64,000 bases of DNA from Macrostomum hystrix. Lineage: Eukaryota > Animalia > Platyhelminthes. Shown here in pieces: positions 35,610 through 47,336 of this stretch. The notes beneath the pieces are model-generated. The model worked only from the letters and a program-made list of their open reading frames with translations, was not told the origin of the DNA and made no database searches. The DNA is taken from positions 3,658,001 through 3,722,000 of the forward strand of contig CATNEN010000037.1 of assembly GCA_950097015.1 (NCBI GenBank), given 5' to 3'. Every line of letters starts with the position of its first letter. Position 1 is the first letter of the stretch. A program made the translations under genes and the position numbers.

Positions 35610-37869
35610 TCACACTTGAATCATCATTTGAAATTCCATCAGAGATTGGAAGCCTTCTCTGAAGTACCATACAGCATATGTAGTGCCCGCAGTGCTGCCA
35701 AAGTGATAGATGCCGTTCGGATTGGCCAAACTGCAGCTGCTCTGATACCACCAACCAGCGTAGCCACCCCAATTCACTGAGCAGTGCATTGCAGAGTAGC
35801 CATCGTTGTCAACGTCTCGGGTAGAAAATTTTTGACCTTTAGAATATTCCAGGGCGTCATAAACGAGACTTGACGACTCCTTGACCATCGATTCGTACGT
35901 CATAACGTACCCTGTACTCGCGTTGCCAACATAAAACTTGGAATACTCGGCGTGCCATTCAGTCTCATTCCAAAGCAAGATTTCGACACGCAATGTTGCT
36001 TCCTGCCTGCTTGTTAGCCGATGCAGAAGGTCTAGACCTGAAAAAACTCTGCAAAAGTAGAATTCCTTCTCAATGACCAAATAGAAAACGTGCCACACAG
36101 AATACTAAACCCACCAATCCAAAAGTTGTGCGTGTCTCCGAAGCCATTCACATATGCCTGCCAATAGCGCTGGAAATCACTGTTTCTACAACTGCGCCGA
36201 AGGACTACAACAAAGTTGCGATCACCCCGAGAGACAGTCTTTTTACGAAGAGCCTCAAAGTTCAAGATACCGCTAGTATTTCTTGGGGCTCTCGGCTTGT
36301 CCTTCATCCTAAAAGCGAAGCGGCGCTGGCGGAACTGATATTCGCAATTGTCGTTTAAAAGAAACGATGCCGTCCACTGAAGATCCTTCCAGAAGTTGAC
36401 CGGCTCAGAGCTTAAAACGGAACTAAAAGGAACCAAAAGGTAAAAATTTCCTAGAGGGAAAATAGCCCAACGTTGACAGTCTGCCCAAAAGAGGAATCGG
36501 AAAATTAACCTTACACAAGCAGTTCGCAGGACTCGAATGTGATGCAGTAGGCCCTCAGCTCCGCACTTCTCCGATCAACTGACAGCCTCAGAGGCTCAAA
36601 CCTCCACCTAGATAGTCTGGACGTTACGTGGATGCTCGCGTCCCACAGCTTCATGAATGAGATCGACTCAATCGGCACAGATCCCATTTGAGACCTGACC
36701 GCCGCGATCACAGAGGCATCCTCGACCACCGCGGGCAGTCTCACGTAGTGGCTGCCGAGTGAGAAGTCTCTGAGCAGTTGGAAGTTCGGGCTCGGACACA
36801 GCAGCGGCTCGATCACAAAGTCTCCAGTCTTTCTCCGCCTCTGATGCACATAGGCTGTGCAGTTGTCGAGCTGCACCACTTTGAAGAGCTGGAGGTCGGA
36901 GCAGGACCGCATCGGGGTGGTCCAGGGTCTCTGCATCGACTTGATCGGCAGGAACGGAGCGCGCGCGATGGTTACTGGGAATTCACGCTCGACAGGAGCG
37001 CAGCCCTCGCCAACTCGCATGCTGGCAATAAGGCGCAAGCTGTCAAAGACTTCCGTCTGCTGTTGTGAGATGTATAACCTATATTGATTTTGAAGGAGTA
37101 CTTTCAAGGGTCGTATTATTGGAAATGGGATGAAAACGTTAAGAAACTTTAATTCACCTCTAAGTCATACTACTGCTCTATAAGAAAAATGTGCATTTAA
37201 GAAGTCCAATCTTTTCACTTTTAGCTTTTAAAGAAATAATTCAAGCTCATTTTGTTAAACGACCTTTCATCGGCGAAATCAACAAAGCGAAGCGGAGAAA
37301 TATTATGTCTCGTTTCAAACTTACGCCAGAGCAGGACAGGTAAATTCGTTGCAGATCAGACGCAGGTGGCCAACGAACTCGTTGGGACCCCATAGGAATG
37401 TCGCATTCGTGAACGCAAGGCTCCTGTCGCTGCTCAGTTGAACGCTCGTCACCTCCAGGAACGACACGGACTTTGGCGACAAATGTCCCAGCATCGAGGC
37501 GACCTCCGTGGTGAGATTCTCGTCGATCACATTCACCGGGAAGCTGAAGTAGAACTCGTTGGTCAGCAGGTCGAAGTGGGCGCTGGGACTTGACAGGGCG
37601 CTCTGCTCGGTGATGCAGAATGTGGGCTCCAGCACGAACCTTCCGGCCTTGACCGCGCCCACACGGTGCACGAACACGGGACAGCCGCGGATCGACAGGC
37701 TGGTGACGAAGGACAATTGGCTGATCCCAACGCATCGGCGTTCGTTGTTGGTGATCGAGACGGAGAGCGGCTGGGAGACGGTTTGCGCATCTGCATCGCT
37801 GACAGTTGGTGAGCCTTGGACATGGCTAAGCCAGCAGAAAATAGACAGCAGTGCGAGGTTGAATCGCAT
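35610..37869 (-). CDS. Secreted fibrinogen-related protein A: signal peptide, two unknown repeat domains, fibrinogen C-terminal domain
   Basis: Exons 37869-37325, 37078-36515, 36422-36115, 36037-35610 (intron phases 2, 2, 1). Hydrophobic N-terminus; FReD motifs DFQRYWQAYVNGFG, FWIGLDLLHRLT, KFSTRDVDND, GWWY, ANPNGIY. Confidence 0.85.
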
Positions 37870-39043
37870 TTTTATGGGAAAAGAAGCTGTTGCGCTTCAA
37901 GCTGGCGTAAGCTTGTACGAGCTTGTAGGGAACTTCGTGTGGGTGAGTTAACTCCTCCGCGCTAGACTGAGCTTTTGATTGTTTCAGCAGTTTTAACAAG
38001 TTTTATCTGAAAGTGCGCAGCTCTATGTTGCAATTTTATATTCTACGAGCGTAGCTTATTTATGACGCACAGATCCGAAAATGATCACATAAATGTGCCG
38101 ATGCAAGTTGTTAGAATCAAGATTTCTATTCGAGATAAATGACAATTGATGCGTCGTCAGATTAGAGTGTAAATGACAGTTCTTATTTATACAGAAGTTC
38201 AAGATTATCATGTTTACCGTCTCCTAGATTAAAATGTATATTGCATGAGCCATGTGACTGCAGTGTAGAAGTATCGCCAGCAGAGGCTCCACCTGTTTTA
38301 AATTAATATTTGCAATCCAAGAGTGCACAATAGCGTTCGTAGCAACTTTTTCAGGCAGACATAGGCTTCTGTACTGGACGCCATGCAGGCTATTTGCTAG
38401 TTTTTCGTGACACATGCTGATTATACAATGCGCAGTTCGACGTTCGGAGCTCGAGATGAACTGGTTCTTACATGTACGAGCTTAAATACTCTGTTAGTTA
38501 TCACTTCGAATAAAGTTGTTATATACATTAATGCATAGCCGCCTACCATTTTTTAGAGATCTTGTCCACTATTATCTATTATTACCTGATGGGCATTTGG
38601 CATGGATCGTGAAGCAAAGAGTTATGTTGAGCGAATGATCATGACGACACCAAATCACGTCTCATTCATGTACCTCAGCCTTTTTAGTTAGAAGACGTGA
38701 ATAAATTTTAATATCGTGTATTTTTAATAACGATCAAAAAGGAATCATGTCTCCGAAATCGACACGAAGGATGAAAATTCTATTTGAAAAACTTGTACAA
38801 CCTCCTTTACTGGGGCAGAAAAATCGAGTCGAATTGCTTTGTGTGGCTGAGTTGCGTATTGAATTGACGACGACCAGGTTTGAAGTCATTAGTTTAGGTC
38901 GGAAGAACAGGAAAATATATTGATAAATTTGAAAGTGCATTGCGAAAGTCAATTGCTTTGAATCGATAGACTGACTATTGCAACTCGATGACCAATTTCA
39001 ACACTCACTGTAAATAGCCAGCGGGCGTAACATAAAATTATCG

Positions 39044-41162
39044 TTAAACTTGAATCAGCATTCTAAACTCTTTCAGGGCCTTGAAGCCTTCATTGAAATA
39101 CCAAACTGAGTTGGCCGAGCTAGTGGTTTCAGAAAAACTGTAAACACCTGTGGGATTGGCAGTGCCGCAGCCGGAATACCACCACCCGCCGGAGCCGGCC
39201 CAGCTCTGGGAGCAGTAGCCAGCAGAGGAGTGCCCGTCGTTGTCAACATCTCTCGTCGTAAATTTGTAGCCCTTTGAACTCGCCATGGCATCGTACAGAA
39301 GGCTTGATTTATCACGGATCATTGACGTGTAGTTCATTTTATAACCCGTGCTTACGTTACCGATTGAGAAGCCAGAGTACTCCGCAAACCACTCCGTTTC
39401 GTTCCAGAGAAGCATCTCAACACGTAAGGTTGCATCTTGTGGGTTAGTTAGCCGGTGCATTACTTCAAGGCCTGAAACATACAACAAGCTTCTTCGATTA
39501 TAGGCTCAAAACATAGCATCCTAACAATTGTTGGCAAACAACCTTACCAATCCAGAAGTTTGCCTTATCACCGAAGCCCGCCACATATTGCTCCCAAAAT
39601 AGACTGAAATCGCTGCGCTTGCAGGTGCGTTGCATAACAATAACAAACGTGCGACCAGAACGCTCAACCGTTCTGTTGCGCAGAGCCTCAACCAGCTGCA
39701 GGGATTCGTTTAGTTTTGTGTTTAGTCCAGCTGACCGCTCCCTCTGTCTGAAGACAAATCGACGCCTGTCGTAGTGGAGTTCACAATAGTCACTAAATAG
39801 AAACGAAGCGGTCCATTGTATCTCCTTCCAAAAATTAACAGTCTCAGATTGAAGAACAGATCTAAAATAAAAAATCGGCGTAGTGGTGGCAAGACGGAAA
39901 TTTAGGGTGGCTAAAAATGTAATAGTTTTCGATATCTTACACAAGCAGTTCGCAGGACTCGAGTGTGGTGCAGTAGGCCCTCAGCTCCGCACTTCTCCGA
40001 TCAACTGACAACCTCAGAGACTCAAACCTCCACCTAGATAGTCTGGACGTTACGTGGATGCTCGCGTCCCACAGCTTCATGAATGAGATCGACTCAATCG
40101 ACACAGATCCCATTTGAGACCTGACCGCCGCGATCACAGAGGCATCCTCGACCACCGCGGGCAGTCTCACGTAGTGGCTGCCGAGTGAGAAGTCTCTGAG
40201 CAGTTGGAAGTTCGGGCTCGGACACAGCAGCGGCTCGATCACAAAGTCTCCAGTCTTTCTCCGCCTCTGATGCACATAGGCTGTGCAGTTGTCGAGCTGC
40301 ACCACTTTGAAGAGCTGGAGGTCGGAGCAGGACCGCATCGGGGTGGTCCAGGATCTCTGCATCGACTTGATCGGCAGGAACGGAGCGCGCGCGATGGTTA
40401 CTGGGAAGGTCTGCTTGACGCAACCTTCAACCACTCGCATACTTGCTGTGATACGAATTCCATCGAATACTTCCATGCGGTATTTGGATAAAAACATTCT
40501 AGCGGAGTAGAGAAATGGCGGTTGCTGATTTTTTAGTTAAAAGGATAAAATGCATGATAATACACATACGCTTATACTTGTAAGCTACGACACTCAAACA
40601 AATCTCACGCGAGCGATGGACAAGCGTAGTCGTTGCAGATCAGCCGCAGGTGGCCAACGAACTCGTTGGGACCCCATAGGAATGTCGCATTCGTGAACGC
40701 AAGGCTCCTGTCGCTGCTCAGTTGAACGCTCGTCACCTCCAGGAACGACACGGACTTTGGCGACAAATGTCCCAGCATCGAGGCGACCTCCGTGGTGAGA
40801 TTCTCGTCGATCACATTCACCGGGAAGCTGAAGTAGAACTCGTTGGTCAGCAGGTCGAAGTGGGCGCTGGGACTTGACAGGGCGCTCTGCTCGGTGATGC
40901 AGAATGTGGGCTCCAGCACGAACCTTCCGGCCTTGACCGCGCCCACACGGTGCACGAACACGGGACAGCCGCGGATCGACAGGCTGGTGACGAAAGTCAG
41001 GCCATTGGTTAGGCTGTCAGTGCACCTGCTGCTGTCATACGTGATCGAGCCTAACTGCGACTTAAAAGCACTCGGTTGCGATGAATCTTGATCAACTGGA
41101 GAGCCACTGATACAGCAAATGCAACTGACAACAAGTAGAAAGATGCTAGCTTTGAGACGCAT
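39044..41162 (-). CDS. Secreted fibrinogen-related protein B (paralogue of A)
   Basis: Exons 41162-40609, 40498-39941, 39861-39548, 39471-39044 with the same phases; FWIGLEVMHRLT, KFTTRDVDND, GGWWY. Confidence 0.85.
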
Positions 41163-42316
41163 TTTCTCTTTTTGATCGCCGAGGAGCAGAATATTTTTTA
41201 CTGAATTTTTATGTTTAATATAAATTGTTTCTCCTTTGGCCGTTGATTTTTTGCGAATTACGCTCGTAGAAACAAAATCTGAACGCTTGGTTTCGGGAGG
41301 CAGTCAATGTGAAATAATTTTGTCTTAACTGAAATGGTTTAGATTGTGCTAGCTGATGCTAGAGTTGCTTGGCTGTACTTGACGCTTGCCAACCATAATC
41401 AAGGCTCGAGGCTTGCTGCTTTTGGCGCTGTTTACGTTTGAATGGATTAATCTAATTGACAGGAATTGATTTTATCGAAGCCACCATGACCATCAGAGTC
41501 TAAATTTGCAGCTCAGATGGGTGCAATTGGTTGCTTCAGCTGCTGATATCGCGATAAATATGTTTGTGTAGATGACTTTGCTAGGCAGTGCACCAATGCA
41601 AGGGTTGTTTCGAGTGCTTCGATTGACGCAGATTTGGTGCACTTGGAAAGAGCTTGGAATCACGTGCCGCAACTAGCCAGTTGATGTCTGTAAACTTTGA
41701 TTACTTTGGGCTCATCGACGCTAAAAATAAACTTGTCAGAGATGCACTCCGATATTTGTTGGGCACAACTGATCTGCATATGTTTTTATGTCGGCCTATT
41801 CTCAACAAGTTTGGCGTGTTTTAAAATCAAAACTGTAAACAAGAACCAGATATATATAATTCAATCAAGAGGTAGGAATTACTTTCCATGACGAATAAGA
41901 TGTGAATCGGCCTCTTTCACGTCAATATTATTATCCCAGTAAAACAACATTTAGCATTCGCTTTTTTACTATCTTATATATATATAAATCATTAATTTGA
42001 ATTGCACTTAACAATTTCCTGTAATATGAAGCCTTTGAATTACGGGCTGAACACATTGACACAAAAGTGCTTCAAGAGTAACGTTTGGATTAAAAAGTAG
42101 AATGTAGATTGCAGTGCTTGCGAATTTTGTTCATAAAAATCGATATTAAACAACTGTGGCTCATCAAGTTTGAACAAAGTAGCAAATCTTTTGAGAAACC
42201 AATCGGTTTGGAAAATTGAAATATGGGTTTATCGATTTCTATTGATTTAACAAAATATATAGTTTACTTATATCGAGTTTAGCTCGTATTAAGCGGTTTT
42301 ATACCCCCTTCATCGA

Positions 42317-44901
42317 TCAAAGCTGAACCATCATGCGAAATTCTTTCAGAGATCTGTAGCCCTCTTTGAAATACCAAGAAGAATAGGCAGTGCTAGTCGT
42401 CTGGCCGTAGTAGTAAGGACTGTTGGGAAACGAATTGCCACAACCGCTGGGGTACCACCATCCGCCATTGCCCCCGTGACTTTGCGAGCAGTGACGACCG
42501 GAATAGCCGTCATTGTCAGCGTCCACAGTTGAAAAGTATCCAGTATACAATGAGTTAACTACTAGACTGGATTTGGCCAGCATCATCTCCGAGAAGCTCA
42601 TCAAATATTTGCTGCTAGAATTGCCTACAGTGAATCCAGAGTACATGGCGTACCATTCGGTGTCATTCCACAATAGCATCTCCACGCGCATTGTGGTGCC
42701 CTGCCAACTAGTTAGGCTATGAATGATGTCCAGACCTGCGAGAAAAAGGTTATGAATATAGCTGAAACAAGATGAGTAAAGGAAAACAGAGACAGACAAC
42801 CTATCCAAAAGTTGTGCTCGTCTCCAAAGCCGGCCACGTATTCCTTCCAGGTGCGCTGAAAGTTGCTGGCCCTGCAGCCGCGCTGAGCAATCACTATAAA
42901 AGTTCTTCCGTCTCTAGTGACAGTTCGATTCCGCAAATCCTCCCATGTCCACCGACCGCCAGTTCTCTGCTGCGCCACAACAGTGCCGGTCGCGAGCCGG
43001 TCCTTCATCCGCATTGCAAAGCGCCGCTGCTCAGAACGGAATTCGCAGTCGTCGTCCAGCAGGGAAACGGCGGTCCATTGAATATTCTTCCAGAAGTTCA
43101 CTGGCTCCGTCTTCAGAACGAATCTGACGATAAAAATACAAAAGTTTTACTATCATTACTTCCTGATTCTCTCTTTGTTTGTTTACGCTCGCACGCATTG
43201 TAAATGTACTTTCTCCTATCTCCCAGCTCAATCTGTAAAAATTATTATCGAACCATTCACTTCTCTTTCCTTTCCCTCGTCTCTGATTGGCTAGCTGCTC
43301 GTCTCTGTTTCCTCACCCCTCCTTTTCAACACTAACCCTCTGGCCCGTCCTTATCTCTTGGTTAATGTTTTTGATTCTCGTCGTTGTCTTGAGTGATGGT
43401 TTCGTCAAGCGTACTTCACTGTCTCGTCTCAGTCACTTCGCAGTTTCGTCTAATTCTCATCGTTTTCTATTGAAGGCGTCGTCGCGATTTCGCTCCTGGT
43501 CTCGTCAAAGCGGTCAAAATTCTTCAGGGATTCCTGGACTGCATTGTTAAACCATCTACTCTGTATTGTGAGATTTTCCGAATTTTTTCGCGACATTTTT
43601 CTTCTTTTTTTATATATTTCTACGAGGCGTGATTTTTTTCCCACTGCTCATATTCAATTTTTGGAGTAAATGATTACCGATGCATCACATCAGTGCATCA
43701 CATATGCAAAACTATGACTCACCCAAGCGCTTCACAAGGTGCTTGACTGCTGCAGTAGGCCCTCAGCTCCGCACTTCTCCGATCAACTGACAGCCTCAGA
43801 GGCTCGAACCTCCACCTAGATAGTCTGGACGTTACGTGGATGCTCGCGTCCCACAGCTTCATGAATGAGATCGACTCGATCGACACAGATCCCATTTGAG
43901 ACCTGACCGCCGCGATCACAGAGGCATCCTCGACCACCGCGGGCAGTCTCACGTAGTGGCTGCCGAGTGAGAAGTCTCTGAGCAGTTGGAAGTTCGGGCT
44001 CGGACACAGCAGCGGCTCGATCACAAAGTCTCCAGTCTTTCTCCGCCTCTGATGCACATAGGCTGTGCAGTTGTCGAGTTGCACCACTTTGAAGAGCTGG
44101 AGGTCGGAGCAGGACCGCATCGGGGTGGTCCAGGATCTCTGCATCGACTTGATCGGCAGGAAGGAAGCGCGCGCGATGGTTACTGGGAATTCACGCTCGA
44201 CAGGAGCGCAGCCCTCGCCAACTCGCATGCTGGCCTTGAGGCGCATGTTTTGAAAGGCTTCTGTTTGCCCCTTTGCCAGATAAAGCCTACAATAATGTAA
44301 GAGCTATACTTAGAAATTCGTCACTGAGCTTTTACAAGTCACGTATGCCGACTCACTTCAGTGACTGGCATTCAAATCCTGAGCACACCAGGCGCAGGTG
44401 GCCAACGAACTCGGTGGGACCCCATAGGAATGTCGCATTCGTGAACGCAAGGCTCCTGTCGCTGCTCAGTTGAACGCTCGTCACCTCCAGGAAAGACACG
44501 GACTTTGGCGACAAATGTCCCAGCATCGAGGCGACCTCCGTGGTGAGATTCTCGTCGATCACATTCACCGGGAAGCTGAAGTAGAACTCGTTGGTCAGCA
44601 GGTCGAAGTGGGCGCTGGGACTTGACAGGGCGCTCTGCTCGGTGATGCAGAATGTGGGCTCCAGCACGAACCTTCCGGCCTTGACCGCGCCCACACGGTG
44701 CACGAACACGGGACAGCCGCGGATCGACAGGCTGGTGACGAAGGACAATGTGTCTGAGGAGTTCATACCACAGAACATCCGATCGTCTGTGATTTGATTA
44801 GGCCAGGTTTCAGATACATTCCCTGTTTGCCCGTCGGCCGAGGAGCCAGTGCCAACAGCGCACAGAACTATTAGAGAATAGCAAAACTGCAGTAGAAGCA
44901 T
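42317..44901 (-). CDS. Secreted fibrinogen-related protein C (paralogue of A)
   Basis: Exons 44901-44357, 44286-43723, 43123-42801, 42735-42317 with the same phases; FWIGLDIIHSLT, FSTVDADND, GGWWY. Confidence 0.85.
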
Positions 44902-45119
44902 TCTTCTGTATGTAGAAATTCACGAATCTATCTCGCGCACAGTAGCATTAGTATTTGATTTATACTGTTCACACTGCCCAGCACAGCGCAGTCTGGTCAC
45001 AATATTTTGTCAAGTTTAACACGAAACCTCCAGCAAAACTGCAATTAGAACCCAGCAGATATCATAGCCAAGGATCACACTTGGCAGCTAAGCGAGCTGC
45101 CAAACAAAATGCCAAGTCT

Positions 45120-45565
45120 TTATATAGATTCTAGTGCATTCACTAAAGCTGTTGTTTACTAGGAGCTGAGCGCCACATGTGTAAGTAAATTTCTATTATG
45201 AGGCTCAATTATTCTACCCAAAGTAAAATAACAATAACTCAAGATGTCTCAGGGCTTAATATAGATAAACTAATGCCAATCAGTCACAGTTGGTTCTTTC
45301 TTAATTTAAAACTAAGAAATTAATAACTCCATAGAAGTAAGACTAGTGTGAGTATTTCATAGGCTTTTGATTAAAGTCCGTTTACAGTTGCGCTAGAACT
45401 CGCAGTTTTGCCAATATTGATAAATGCGATTTGATAAATGTGAGATAGTAAGAATTAGGTGAAGTGTTAGGCTAGGTGTCGCAATTAACGCGGCTTTTCA
45501 ACTACGCTCGCAGCTTTGAGCTAACCCGCGGCATTTGAGGAAGAAAGAAAAGCTGATACCTTTCC
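45120..45565. repeat. Dispersed non-coding repeat, copy 1 (copy 2 at about 46740-47250)
   Basis: Shared anchors in the same order: ttctagtgcattcac, taatgccaatcagt, ggcttttgattaaagtccgtt, gttaggctaggtgtcg, ggaagaaaga.aagctgatacc. Confidence 0.75.
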
Positions 45566-46739
45566 TGATGGAATGTAGCATTTATATATCGATGTTGATT
45601 GAGACTCACTCTCAAGGAAATCTAGTGATGCGTTTAATCACTGAACCGGTGCAGAATGTTATTCGTTCTTCATTGTGATACTCGTACAATAGATAAGGTT
45701 GAACGCGATAAACTGTTCTAAAGATTTCTGATCGCCATAATAGCGTAACTATTAGAAAAAAGTGACCGTCCCCGAGACCGCGGTACAGCTCGTATATTTA
45801 CAAAAAACTGGACCTCTCCGTGCGGCACAGGCGTTTTTGCGTTGATGCGCATTTTGATGCAGCTTGCCAGCGTGCATCGGTAGCTGCTTTTCGATGCCAG
45901 CTCGTACCCACAGTGTGACACCCGAGCGGAGCAGCTCATCTTTTACCGATCGTATTGTTTTTTTCCACCTAAGTCAAATGAAAAATACTAATTTAGTGCC
46001 AAAGTTAAGCAAGAATAAATTCAAACATTTTATGTACTTTATTATTGACCACTTACATTTTATTTCTATGAGAAATACATCACACATCACAGTATTTGAG
46101 GTCAAGGTCTGAGGCTTGAGGTCGTTTACGACAGACTTTCGTTGTTCGACACCAATTGCCCACGGCTCGTACTATAATTACAAGACAGTAATATGACATG
46201 CAAAACATCCTTCCTTTTGCGTTGGGTCATTGGTTTACATTTATATTAAACTAATCGTAGTTCAACAACTGTGATTTTGTACGTAGTATCAACGAGTAAA
46301 AAACTACAGATCCTTTAGTTGCAACGACTTTCTGTACATTTACACAATAAATTTACTAGTCTTAACTTGCAGTATTTCTTTAGTCTTGTCCACAGGAATT
46401 TGGCGTCAGCACAGTTTTCACTTCGAGGGAAATAGTCAGCGGCACAATATTTCTTTACATTTGATAATTAGGCAAGGCTGGAGCGGTCTCGCCCAGGACC
46501 GCCACCAACATGATCATTCCCCGATGGTCTGATCCGGTCTTCAGTCTCAAGCAGTTCAGAATGCACTCAGATAAATCGTATTAGTCTTCCTGTTTACTTG
46601 CTGGCAGATAGTTTCTAGTGGTTTACGCTCGTAGACCAACAGAGTCCGAGAGCGATATCGATCGAGCGAGATGAGCCTCCTGCTTTTCATAACATCCAAC
46701 GATTCCAACGATTTTCCAACGAAATAATCCAGCGTATGG

Positions 46740-47250
46740 TGTCTATAATGTTCTATTCTAGTGCATTCACGAAATTTGTTGTATACTTTACTGCGCCAAG
46801 TGTGTAATGAAAATGACGGCTCGTATAGCTCGTATATAACAAGACTGCATAATTCTCCTCAAAGAACAAAAACAGCCGATAAGAAAGGATTGTTGTCTTG
46901 CTTATGTCACTGGATATGGCTTCTTGAGTATAGTATAATATAAAAAAATTAATGCCAATCAGTGACACTATTATTTCTTAGATTAAAAAAACTTTAAATT
47001 ACTAACGCCATAATAGCAAAACAAGGATTTCATTGGCTTTTGATTAAAGTCCGTTGACGGATGCGCTAGAATCCGCAGTTTTAGCTTAATATAGCAAATA
47101 TTGGTAAATGCGATTAACAGAGCTTGCAAGAATTAGGTAACACAAGTTAGCTCATCAATGAACAGTTAGGCTAGGTGTCGGAATTAATGCGGCCTTTTAA
47201 CTAGCTTCAGGTAACCCGGCATTTAAGGAAGAAAGATAAGCTGATACCAG
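46740..47250. repeat. Dispersed non-coding repeat, copy 2
   Basis: Collinear with 45120-45565. Confidence 0.75.
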
Positions 47251-47336
47251 GATGAAGGAATGAAAAAGTCTGAACGCGATGAACTGCAGGTTGTTCTGAA
47301 TATGTTTGAGCGTCATCATGAATAATAAGCCGAGTG

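Noticed and set aside
36511-37325. In-frame stops right after exons 1 and 2 of all FReD genes, suggesting programmed short isoforms
   Set aside because: Any phase-2 intron with a GTAA or GTGA donor gives NNG-TAA/TGA on read-through; this is a trivial consequence of the splice consensus.
43380-43650. ORF 43450-43644 in FReD C intron 2 as a retroelement fragment
   Set aside because: 64 aa with no RT, gag or endonuclease motif; cannot be supported.
45760-46580. Short GC-richer patches that might be exons of an extra gene
   Set aside because: Open frames are short, with no recognisable motif and no consistent splice chain.
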